Shown here piece after piece: positions 10,150 through 18,305 of a stretch of DNA of 64,000 bases; the first letter of the stretch is position 1; each line of letters starts with the position of its first letter. The notes under the pieces were generated by a model. The model did no database searches. It was not told the origin of the DNA and worked only from the letters and a program-made list of their open reading frames with translations. The position numbers and the translations under genes are program-made. Source of the stretch: Candidatus Latescibacterota bacterium (GTDB taxonomy: Bacteria > Latescibacterota > UBA2968 > UBA8231); the NCBI GenBank assembly GCA_965197905.1, contig CBDAOB010000003.1, positions 1,056,001 to 1,120,000 of the forward strand, read 5' to 3'.

Positions 10150-11664
10150 GTGAAGACAGGCAATCTCTATGATCCGGGGTTGCATCTGTTCCTGGATGAC
10201 GCCGAGGTACAGGATCATCCCGGCTTCATCCGCAAGGTGCAACAGCCGGAACGGGTCGGCAGTGGACCCGTGCTGAGTCCCGATCGGCCGTGGGAAGGCA
10301 AGGCAGTGCAGATGTGGGGCGGCGCGCTCTATGACGCCGATGAAGACCTCTTCAAGATGTGGTATTACTCCGTAAACATGGAGCTCTACAACCGCGATCG
10401 CACCGGGATGTACATCTGCTATGCGACCTCGAAGGATGCGGTCAACTGGGAGAAGCCGGAGCTGGGCATTTGTTGAGAGCGAGGGGTCGAAGGCAAATAA
10501 TATCGTTTTTCCGCCACCGGGCGAAACGGATCTAGGCGCGGATCCATGGGGTGTGGTGAAGGACGAGGCCGAAGAGGATCCGCAGAAGCGGTTCAAGATG
10601 CTGGTCTACCAGCAGCGCCCGACCCCAGACGCACCGGTCTTCGACGAAGTGGGCATGACCAGGGAGGAGAAGAACGCGGCGCGGAAACGGCAGTTCCTGG
10701 TGATCAAGGACCACATCGGCGGCTACCCCGTGTTCTCGCCCGACGGCTTGCGCTGGACTCAGGGTGACTACATCTGCGTGCCGCGAGCCGGCGATGGCGG
10801 TACCCTGGTGCACGATCCAATGAAACAACGTTTTATCGCTACTTCCCGCCGCTACGGCACAGTGTTAGACCACTTCGTGATCGAATGGAAGCGGTACCGT
10901 CGGGTAATCTCCATATGCACCAGCGAAAACTTCGTCGACTGGTCCCCACAGAAGACCGTCATCAAGCCCGATGATCTCGACGATCCCCTCGATCAGTTCT
11001 ACGTGATGCCGCCTTGTGTGTCACGGGAACCAGTACATCGGTTTCCTGGGGCCGCAACACGGGGCGACCGAGTTGGGACCGACCCAGCTGGTGTCTTCGC
11101 GGGATCTGGAGCATTGGGAGCGGGTGGGAAAGAGAGAGGAGTTTCTCCCGGTGGGACCGTCGGGTGGTTTTGACGGCGCCTGGGCAACGATCGCCCCCGG
11201 CTCACCAGTTCTGGTGGATGACACCTTGTACCTGTGGTACAATGGACGACCGCAGGCGCACGGCACCGAAGGGATGTTCCAGAGCTATATCGGCGCGGTC
11301 AAAATGCGCAAGGATCGTTTTGTGGCGCTGCGTTGCGGGATCCGCGGAGCCGAGATGATGACCGAGCCGGTCACCCGTTTCCGGCGCCAAGCTATACCTC
11401 AATGCCACTACCCTGTTCGGTGAGGTAAAGGTACGCGTGGTCGACGATTACACGGTGCCGGAAGGATTCGATCTGGACGATTGCAACGGGCTGGATCACG
11501 ACGACCTCACCGGCTTCGAGATCACCTGGGGCGACGAACGCCGCGACCTGTCGCAGTTCGCCGGCCGGCAAGTGCGGCTCCACATCTCTGCTACCAACGC
11601 CACCAGCCTGTTCTCCTACCGGTTCTCGGATCCTGAGCACACGGCTAAACCGAAAAAGCCCTGA
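10150..11664 (+). pseudogene. Glycosidase-like beta-propeller protein broken by three +1 frameshifts (pseudogene or sequencing error)
   Basis: ORF pieces 10150-10476, 10421-11173, 11016-11423 and 11377-11664 join into one protein collinear with the paralogs (LFLDD, YATSKDAVNWEKPELG, SSRDLEHW, MRKDRFVAL, LFSYRF). Confidence 0.8.
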
Positions 11665-11744
11665 TCGGCGGTGCCGGCCAGGGCCATCGTGGAGTGTGAG
11701 CGTGGGCGGCAGCCTGTTCTACTCCGCCGTGACGTCGATCTCCG

Positions 11745-12869
11745 TCAGTCGCGTAGAATCAACAGCGCTCGGGCGTGTGCCTGCACCGGATACGTCTCCG
11801 CCACCGGACCGGCGAATATCGCCTCAACCGTCTGACCCGGTTTGATCTCCGCGAACGGCACCTTGACGAATTCATCCCCATCGATGTAGCCGATGAAGGT
11901 GCCTGTTGTAATGGTCAGCCATGCTCGATCCACGTTGGTATCTTCCTCCACCCGTCCCTCGATGAGAAGCACGGCGACTATCTCCTCATTCCTGTTGTCG
12001 GGTACGGAGATCTCGGTGACACTGCCGCGGATGTCGACCTTGGGGCGGGGAAGTGGCTCCCCATCATCCGCGTCGACGTCGCCTGGCGCAACCGGATCGA
12101 CAACGATGACCGGCCCGGAATCGCCACCAGGCACGGACACACCACCATCGTCGTCAGCGTCGTCATAATGAGGATAGCGAGCCTTGGCCTGCAAGCTGCC
12201 GTCCTCAGTGCTCATAATCCAGGTGGTGGGCTCTTCGACCGGTACCGCCTGCCGCGGAACTACGGCGAACGTGAACGGATACGAGATCACCTGGGCTGCC
12301 AATTCCCCTGGTGACGGGTCCCTCAGGCTTATGGTCACCCGGACGCTGCTCCCATCGTACTCCACTGTCTCGACGTCAATGCCGTAACCGGCGGTGCGCA
12401 CTTCGCCGCGAAAGGCCACGACCAGCCAGCTCGTTTTGAAGTCGACCTCTTCAATAGCGGCCTGCAGATCGGCGTTACCCAGAAGATGGGCCATACGTGC
12501 CGCCTCCGCCGGGTCGCCGGTCACGAAGAGTCTCGGATGCGCCACCGCATCCTCCGACAGTCTCCCTGGAGGGGCAACGGCCGGCTCGTCCCCGGGTTCA
12601 AGTATGGGTGAGGTGACCGCCAGGAAGAGCCGAAAATCCTCCTCGGTAATCTCCCCGTCACCGTTCAGATCGGCCGCGAGATCGGTCTGCAGCCAGTCCT
12701 TGAGGTTCACGAAAGCGTCCGGGTGAGGTTCCCCGGGCGCGATCCCCAGCGGCTGTCCGTTTTCCGCGGCCGAGGGGTCTTCGCCCGGCGCCGATACCGG
12801 ATCGACCCCGCTGCAGCCGGTGATGGCAATGGCCGCCAGGGCCATTAAAGCAACGATCCTGAGATACAT
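11745..12869 (-). CDS. Lipoprotein with an EF-hand/dockerin-like loop, a PrcB C-terminal-like domain and a DUF3221/YobA-like C-terminal domain
   Basis: Lipobox AIAITGC; DLNGDGEITEEDF; VAFRGEVRTAGYGIDV...AQVISYPF (PrcB_C-like); GQTVEAIFAGPVAETYPVQAHA (DUF3221-like). Confidence 0.7.
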   Translation of the reverse strand: MYLRIVALMALAAIAITGCSGVDPVSAPGEDPSAAENGQPLGIAPGEPHPDAFVNLKDWLQTDLAADLNGDGEITEEDFRLFLAVTSPILEPGDEPAVAPPGRLSEDAVAHPRLFVTGDPAEAARMAHLLGNADLQAAIEEVDFKTSWLVVAFRGEVRTAGYGIDVETVEYDGSSVRVTISLRDPSPGELAAQVISYPFTFAVVPRQAVPVEEPTTWIMSTEDGSLQAKARYPHYDDADDDGGVSVPGGDSGPVIVVDPVAPGDVDADDGEPLPRPKVDIRGSVTEISVPDNRNEEIVAVLLIEGRVEEDTNVDRAWLTITTGTFIGYIDGDEFVKVPFAEIKPGQTVEAIFAGPVAETYPVQAHARALLILRD

Positions 12870-12935
12870 ACCAAAATCTCCGTTAGTTAAGGTTAAGGGA
12901 GGGAGCCTTGCCCCCGAACTTCCAATGGCCCTATG

Positions 12936-12950
12936 GCAATCGGCATGCCA
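12936..12950 (-). promoter_or_regulatory. Sigma-54 (-24/-12) promoter
   Basis: Minus strand TGGCATGCCGATTGC matches TGGCA-N6-TTGC, about 65 nt upstream of ATG 12869, with an AT-rich tract upstream at ~12975-13025. Confidence 0.7.
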
Positions 12951-13267
12951 GAGGTTTCGAACGCCTGTGTTGCTGCATAAATATGTTGTTAAGATATTGT
13001 AAATACACGAATTGAGATATTTTGAGGAACAAATCTGGAGAGGGTGAAGAGGGCAGAATGTCGAGCGCCACTCTCAACTTTTCAGGGGAATATCGTCAGA
13101 ATTCTGATGAATCGACTGCGAGACCCCGAAATAGAAATAGTTTGGAGCCGGGGAGTACGTGCCGTATTTTTCTGCCAATTGGTGATGCGGCTCACGACGC
13201 GTGGGCCGTTCCGTCACTAGATTAAAGTTACTATTCGATCCCATCACATCTCTAGCAAGGAGACCGG

Positions 13268-13690
13268 ATGATGTTCAAGAAAATACTGATGTTGACCTGT
13301 GGACTGGCGCTGTTCGCGGCGGACGTCCAGGCCATGAGCCACGAGGAGGGCGAGGGCGGCCGGAGAGGCCCCCGCCATCCCCATCTGATGATTCCGCTGC
13401 CCCCTGACGTTGAACTTCCCCCACGCGAAGACGGTCCCGAGGCCTACGTTGAGGCTGCCATTGCCGCTCTCGACCGCAATGGAAACGGTGCATTGGACGC
13501 CGAGGAAATCCTCGCTGCGATGAAGAAGATGCGGGATCATAGGAGGGAGCGCCGTGAGGGTGGTGGTGGCTGCGGTGGTGAAGGTGGATGCGGTGGCGAT
13601 GACCATGACCACGACCATGATCACGATGATGGCGGTGGCTGTGGTGGATGTGGCGGCTGTGGAGGTTGCGGCGGCGATGATGAGGAGTAA
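13268..13690 (+). CDS. Small secreted EF-hand protein with a Gly-Cys/His-Asp low-complexity tail
   Basis: AAGGAG RBS; signal peptide ending ADVQA; DRNGNGALDAEE EF-hand loop; tail GGGCGGEGGCGGDDHDHDHDHDDGGGCGGCGGCGGCGGDDEE. Confidence 0.75.
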   Translation: MMFKKILMLTCGLALFAADVQAMSHEEGEGGRRGPRHPHLMIPLPPDVELPPREDGPEAYVEAAIAALDRNGNGALDAEEILAAMKKMRDHRRERREGGGGCGGEGGCGGDDHDHDHDHDDGGGCGGCGGCGGCGGDDEE

Positions 13691-13753
13691 TCGAACCCCG
13701 CTGGGTCTCCTGGCTTGATCGCTATGTAGACTGCGCAGAGTCAGGCAGAACAT

Positions 13754-13793
13754 GAAAACGGGCAAGGTGGCTGGCACCTGCCCGTTTTCTTTG
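13754..13793. terminator. Probable bidirectional intrinsic terminator
   Basis: Long stem GAAAACGGGCA(A)GGTG / CACCTGCCCGTTTTC between convergent genes, with T/A tracts at the ends. Confidence 0.7.
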
Positions 13794-13818
13794 TCACTCG
13801 CTATGGAACCGCGATCGA

Positions 13819-14673
13819 TTACACCGCCACCGAGGTGGGCTGCGGCAGATTCGCCCAGTGCCCCGACGGATCGGCGCCGCTTACCACGATCCCTTCCATA
13901 TTCCAGCCCAAAGCTGCTCGCACCTCAGTCGCGCAGTAGCGCAGCGTCAGGCCGAACCTCCGACGGTCCGACCGATTGACATCGGACCCGTGCAGCAGCA
14001 AATCGCTGTGCAGCGAGATCTCCCCGGCCTTGAGCTCGTCGTAAACCACCTCCCCGTACTGCTCCACGTTATCCACCGTCTGGTTGAGCACATTCTGCTC
14101 GCTCGCCTCGCTGGCGCGGTATTCGATGTGACCGTGGCGATGAGACCTGGCCACAAAACGCATGCATGCATTTTCTGTGTCGGCGTCATCCACGGCGAGC
14201 CAGGCAGTCACCGTCCGCGACGGGGTCAGGGGCCAGTAGCTGGCGTCCTGATGCCACGAAATCTGTTTGCCGTCCCCGGCAAACTTGCACAGACAATGGG
14301 CCCCCCAACCGACCACATCCTCCCCCAATAGATCCTTCACGTGGGCGACGATGCGTTCGTTGGCCAGTATATCGTAAACCACCGGCGACTTCAGGTGCGC
14401 CGAGATGATGGAATAGCTGGTCTGCCCCGCGGCCAGGGCGGTTGCCATCATCGCATCGAGATGAGTGCGGTACTCCTCGATCTCCCCCTCGTCGAAGATG
14501 CGCAGGGGTTTTATGTGCCCCTCGCGATTGTAGGTGCGGATCTGATCCTCCGTCAGCTCCTGCGGACGGTCGGGTTCCACCTCTATGAATCGTAGGTCCC
14601 TATTCATGGACCTCAGCTCTTCCGGGCTCGGCAACCTCTTGAAGCGCGAGTCTTGAATTTTTTCCAGGTGCAT
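13819..14673 (-). CDS. Phytanoyl-CoA dioxygenase (PhyH) family Fe/2OG oxygenase
   Basis: WHQDASYW, TAWLAVDDA, ENACMRF and LHSDLLLHGS..NRSDRRR; start trimmed to MHLEKIQ. Confidence 0.9.
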   Translation of the reverse strand: MHLEKIQDSRFKRLPSPEELRSMNRDLRFIEVEPDRPQELTEDQIRTYNREGHIKPLRIFDEGEIEEYRTHLDAMMATALAAGQTSYSIISAHLKSPVVYDILANERIVAHVKDLLGEDVVGWGAHCLCKFAGDGKQISWHQDASYWPLTPSRTVTAWLAVDDADTENACMRFVARSHRHGHIEYRASEASEQNVLNQTVDNVEQYGEVVYDELKAGEISLHSDLLLHGSDVNRSDRRRFGLTLRYCATEVRAALGWNMEGIVVSGADPSGHWANLPQPTSVAV

Positions 14674-14757
14674 TTTTGTTACCTTCTCTGCGTTAGCGCT
14701 GAACCACCAAATGTTAGCCATTTGCGACGTGGTGGGCAAACAACATGGGGGTACTGA

Positions 14758-16260
14758 TTGAAAGACGGAGCATTGTTCGAGAAAGCCAGTAGCGCTACGG
14801 CAGGCATCGTTGAGATTGGTAACCGCAAGCAGCTCTTTCTCGACGATCTTCTCGTAGACGAGGCGAGCCGCATATCCAGGTTCATGTACCGACCGGACAA
14901 GTACCCCGGAAATCCGATCCTTGCCGCCGAGGAACCGTGGGAATTGGGCAAGAACCGACGCGGGATTGTCGCCGGAGTCGAGATCACCGGGCAGACGGTG
15001 ATCTACGATGAGCAGGAGCGGATCTTCAAGATGTGGTATCTGGGGTGGATGTGGGAGGATGGCCTGCGGCCATGGTGTTACGCGACCTCCAAGAACGGCT
15101 ACGACTGGGAGCGCCCGGATCTGGGCATCTACGAGTACGAGGGCTCCAAACGAAACAACATCATGTTTGCGGCGACGGATCCAAACTACTTCAACGTTTT
15201 CAAAGACCCCCGCGATCCGGACCCCCAGCGGTTGTACAAAGCCCAGGGTGAGGTGGAGGGTCCGATCTCGAACACCACGGGCGGTGCCATCAACGCCTAC
15301 TCGCCGGACGGGATTCACTGGACCGAGCATCCGGGTAATCCGGTAGTGAATCACGGCGCCAACTTCGCTGACGCTTCCACCGTGCTCGGCTGGGACCCGA
15401 AGCGGGAGAAATACGTCGGCTATTTTCGTCCAGGGCACCCAGTGGCTCACGAGATCGACGGCATCGGACGCCACCGCCACATCCGCACGATTGGCTACTC
15501 CGAAAGCGACGACTTCGAGAATTGGACGCCCACCCACATCATGCTGGCCCCCGATCACTTGAGTCGCGCCGATCACCAGTTCATGCAGTTCACTGCCGCG
15601 ATCTACGGCGATTTCTACGTCGGTTTTCTGATGTTGCACCAGACCCACGAACAGACCTGGGAAACGTTTCTTCTCAGTAGCCGCGATGGCTTCAACTGGA
15701 CGTGGGTCGACCGCCACGTTCCTTTTCTCAGCTATGGTGAGCTGGGGAGCTACGATGCCGGTTACATGACCCCCTCCGGTCCGATTCTACACGATGGCAC
15801 CATCTGGGTTTATTACGGTGCCTTCCGCGGCGCCCACGGCTACGATCCAGTGAAAAGGGGGCGTGCAGCCGGCGATCAGACGAACATGACCATAGCCCTG
15901 GCCACCCTCAACGAGGATCGCTGGGCGGGACTGTTGGCCGGCCCCAATCAGGCGCTGGTGGTGACGAAACCGCTGATATTCAAGGGGACCCGCCTCAAGC
16001 TCGATATCCACGCCTCCGTGCCCCACGGCAAGCCGGGCAAGATTCCAAACTTCGACGAGTGCGATGTGCGGGCGGCCATTTCCGATCAATCGGGCATGCC
16101 GATCGACGGTTTCAGCTTCGAACGGTCGACAAATATTCGCGAGACCGGCGTCCATCAGGTTTCCTGGGAGGGGATGGACTTGAGACGTCTAGAAGGAGAA
16201 ACCGTGCGCCTGCGGTTGGAGATGCGCAACTGCTGCCTGTGCTCCTTTCAATTCTACTAG
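14758..16260 (+). CDS. Uncharacterised glycosidase-like five-bladed beta-propeller protein
   Basis: KQLFLDD, KYPGNPIL, YATSKNGYDWERPDLG, SPDGIHW, SSRDGFNW, LATLNEDRWAGL and RLRLEMR. Confidence 0.75.
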   Translation: MKDGALFEKASSATAGIVEIGNRKQLFLDDLLVDEASRISRFMYRPDKYPGNPILAAEEPWELGKNRRGIVAGVEITGQTVIYDEQERIFKMWYLGWMWEDGLRPWCYATSKNGYDWERPDLGIYEYEGSKRNNIMFAATDPNYFNVFKDPRDPDPQRLYKAQGEVEGPISNTTGGAINAYSPDGIHWTEHPGNPVVNHGANFADASTVLGWDPKREKYVGYFRPGHPVAHEIDGIGRHRHIRTIGYSESDDFENWTPTHIMLAPDHLSRADHQFMQFTAAIYGDFYVGFLMLHQTHEQTWETFLLSSRDGFNWTWVDRHVPFLSYGELGSYDAGYMTPSGPILHDGTIWVYYGAFRGAHGYDPVKRGRAAGDQTNMTIALATLNEDRWAGLLAGPNQALVVTKPLIFKGTRLKLDIHASVPHGKPGKIPNFDECDVRAAISDQSGMPIDGFSFERSTNIRETGVHQVSWEGMDLRRLEGETVRLRLEMRNCCLCSFQFY

Positions 16261-16283
16261 TCTGCTAACATAACCCGGACTCC

Positions 16284-17079
16284 ATGCTGTCCGAGAAACA
16301 ACACCAACACTTCGACACCTTCGGTTTCCTGGTCTTGCCGAAGGTCTTCACACCCGAAGAGATCGAAACGCTGGCGGCTGAATTCGATCGCCTCGCGGTT
16401 CCCTTGCTCAGTGGCGAATCGGCCAGCCGGGGAACGATATGCTTCGACCTACTGGAACGCGGCAGCCACCTGGAGGGCTTGCTCGGCGATGAACGCATCG
16501 CCGGAATAGCCCGCAATCTGCTGGGACCGGACGCGTTCTGTCAGCAAAACACGGCGCAGGCCCACGCGGGTGATGAACCCTGGCGATCGGCTTTTGGTTG
16601 GGATGTCCGGATCCCCACTGGTCGCCAGGATGCCCGTGAAAACATGGAATTCGCCGCTCACTATTCTCCGGGTGTCCGCCTGACCATCGGAGCTGGACGA
16701 GGTCGCTGCCGGTTGCCGTCGGGTGATTGCCGGCTCGCACCGGGAGCCGTACCACGATCAACTCTGGACTCTGTGCTCGGAGATCGTCCTCGCCGGACAA
16801 GACCCGTCGTTGCAGGAGGGGTTGAACGCATTGTGCGATCGCGATGAGATTCAGGGCGAACGGCGGACCCAGCTGTTCGAAGATCCCGCCGCCAACAGCT
16901 TCGAGCTGGCCCCCGACCAGGTTCCGCACATGGGCTTGCTAGTCGAGCCGGGCGATCTGGTGATTTTCGACCATATGCTGTGGCACGGATGTTTCGGAAG
17001 TGGTCCGCGCCGTGCGATCGCCGTCGACTGGACGAAGGCGTTACTAGCGGACCACCAAAAACGGGGGATCATTGCCTGA
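16284..17079 (+). pseudogene. Degenerate PhyH-family protein with a +1 frameshift at ~16689
   Basis: N-terminal HFDTFGFLVL; the shifted frame gives ELDEVAAGCRRVIAGSH...VEPGDLVIFDHMLWHG; the HxD position reads WRSA. Confidence 0.65.
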
Positions 17080-17825
17080 GGCGATCTTCAAGACCAACCG
17101 CTTCGGCGAAGAGGAGCGCGCCCAATTCGACCGAGATGGTCACTACCTGCTACCCGGTCTGCTTCGCACCGATGCCTGCGACCAGCTTACCAAATCGTGC
17201 AAGGCCAATCAGGACCTTCTCGCTTCAAAAGTGGAAGGCAAGAATCCAAAACACTACTCAGCCGAGTTCGACCCCTACTTCGAAAACTTGATGGTCCACC
17301 CCCAGCTTCTCGAAATGGCCCGTTCCGTGCTCGGATCGGATATCCGGCTGGACCACTGCGTCACCCTCAACCGGAGGCGGTTACCCGGGCAGCGGATGGC
17401 ACAGCCACCCGTACGCCGACGACGATCCGAGCCTTGGCTTGGTGCGCATATTTTTCTACGTCAACGGGTTCGAGGCATATGACGGCGCAGTCAAGGTGGT
17501 ACCCGGCAGCCATCTGTTTCGCGATTCGACGATCGAAGCGGAAACCGATGAGGAGTTGCTGGCGGGGTGGATGGCGGGGAGGACGCACCCGGTGACCGGG
17601 GATCCCCTGCGGATCGAGGAACTCTCCGCTCCTCCCGGAAGCGTCGCCCTATTGTGGACTCACGCCGCCCACGGAGTCAGCCCGCGACGAACCGAAAGTG
17701 GTTTTCGCTGGGCCATTGTCTTCGGTTACCGAAATCCGGGTCAGCCTTGTGTCTCTCGTTGGATACGGCCGGAGTTCGAGCAGAAGGATATTCCAGGAGC
17801 GGACGGGCTACTGAACCTCTATTAA
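17072..17825 (+). pseudogene. PhyH-family dioxygenase with a frameshift at ~17373
   Basis: QFDRDGHYLL...DHCVTLNR continues in the next frame as GGYPGSGWHSH...VVPGSH...PGSVALLWTHAAHGVSPR. Confidence 0.75.
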
Positions 17826-18041
17826 GGTGATTGCTGACCCCGTGGCAGGATTGGCTCGGGTGGCAACCGGAGCCGTCGACTCAGGTTGCTCGACCTATGT
17901 GACTTTGCCCACGATGGGGTTTATTCTACTTATGACCTCAAGAGGGGTGAAATGCGTCTGGCGGCCAGCCATTGCCGGGCGGGCCGCGTGCACTCAGACG
18001 CTCGACGGGATCCCGGAGTGTGAACGCACAAAGAGTGCAGC

Positions 18042-18305
18042 ATGGGCGACGATTTCACCGAACTGTGTGACAATCTGGATCGCTACATTTGCGAGGTTGT
18101 TCCGAACCTTCCCGATGCCGATGCGTTCTACCAGGACAGATCCCGTCCTGAGACGCTGAAACAGATGCAGGCCATGGGAGCGAACGATCCGTTGGCAGTC
18201 CAACTGGAGCCGGGCGATGCCGCCGTGCATCACTGTGAGGTCATCCACCGGGCGGATCCAAACCGTTCGAAGGGTCTGGAGGCGGGCAAACCCAATGAAA
18301 TCTGA
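18042..18305 (+). pseudogene. PhyH remnant with an internal deletion
   Basis: N-terminal-type LDRYICEVVP..DAFYQD..RPETLKQMQ is joined directly to C-terminal-type LEPGDAAVHHCEVIHRADPNRS; the central HxD region is absent. Confidence 0.55.

Noticed and set aside
10150..11664. Programmed ribosomal frameshifting or phase variation
   Set aside because: The shift sites are runs of only 2-3 bases with no slippery heptamer, and the paralogs are uninterrupted.
13555..13690. Tandem DNA repeat or CRISPR-like array
   Set aside because: Degenerate codon-level repeats inside a CDS; no constant repeat-spacer structure or cas genes.
13244..13777. Minus-strand Thr/Ala-rich 177-aa ORF
   Set aside because: Antisense of the GGC/HD-repeat gene, which has the RBS, signal peptide and EF-hand.
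14674..15717. 632-aa PhyH ORF with a long N-terminal extension
   Set aside because: The extension is the antisense shadow of the propeller gene at 14758+; PhyH similarity starts near 14673.
17827..18159. 110-aa ORF between PhyH genes
   Set aside because: No recognisable motif or RBS; overlaps the PhyH remnant in another frame.
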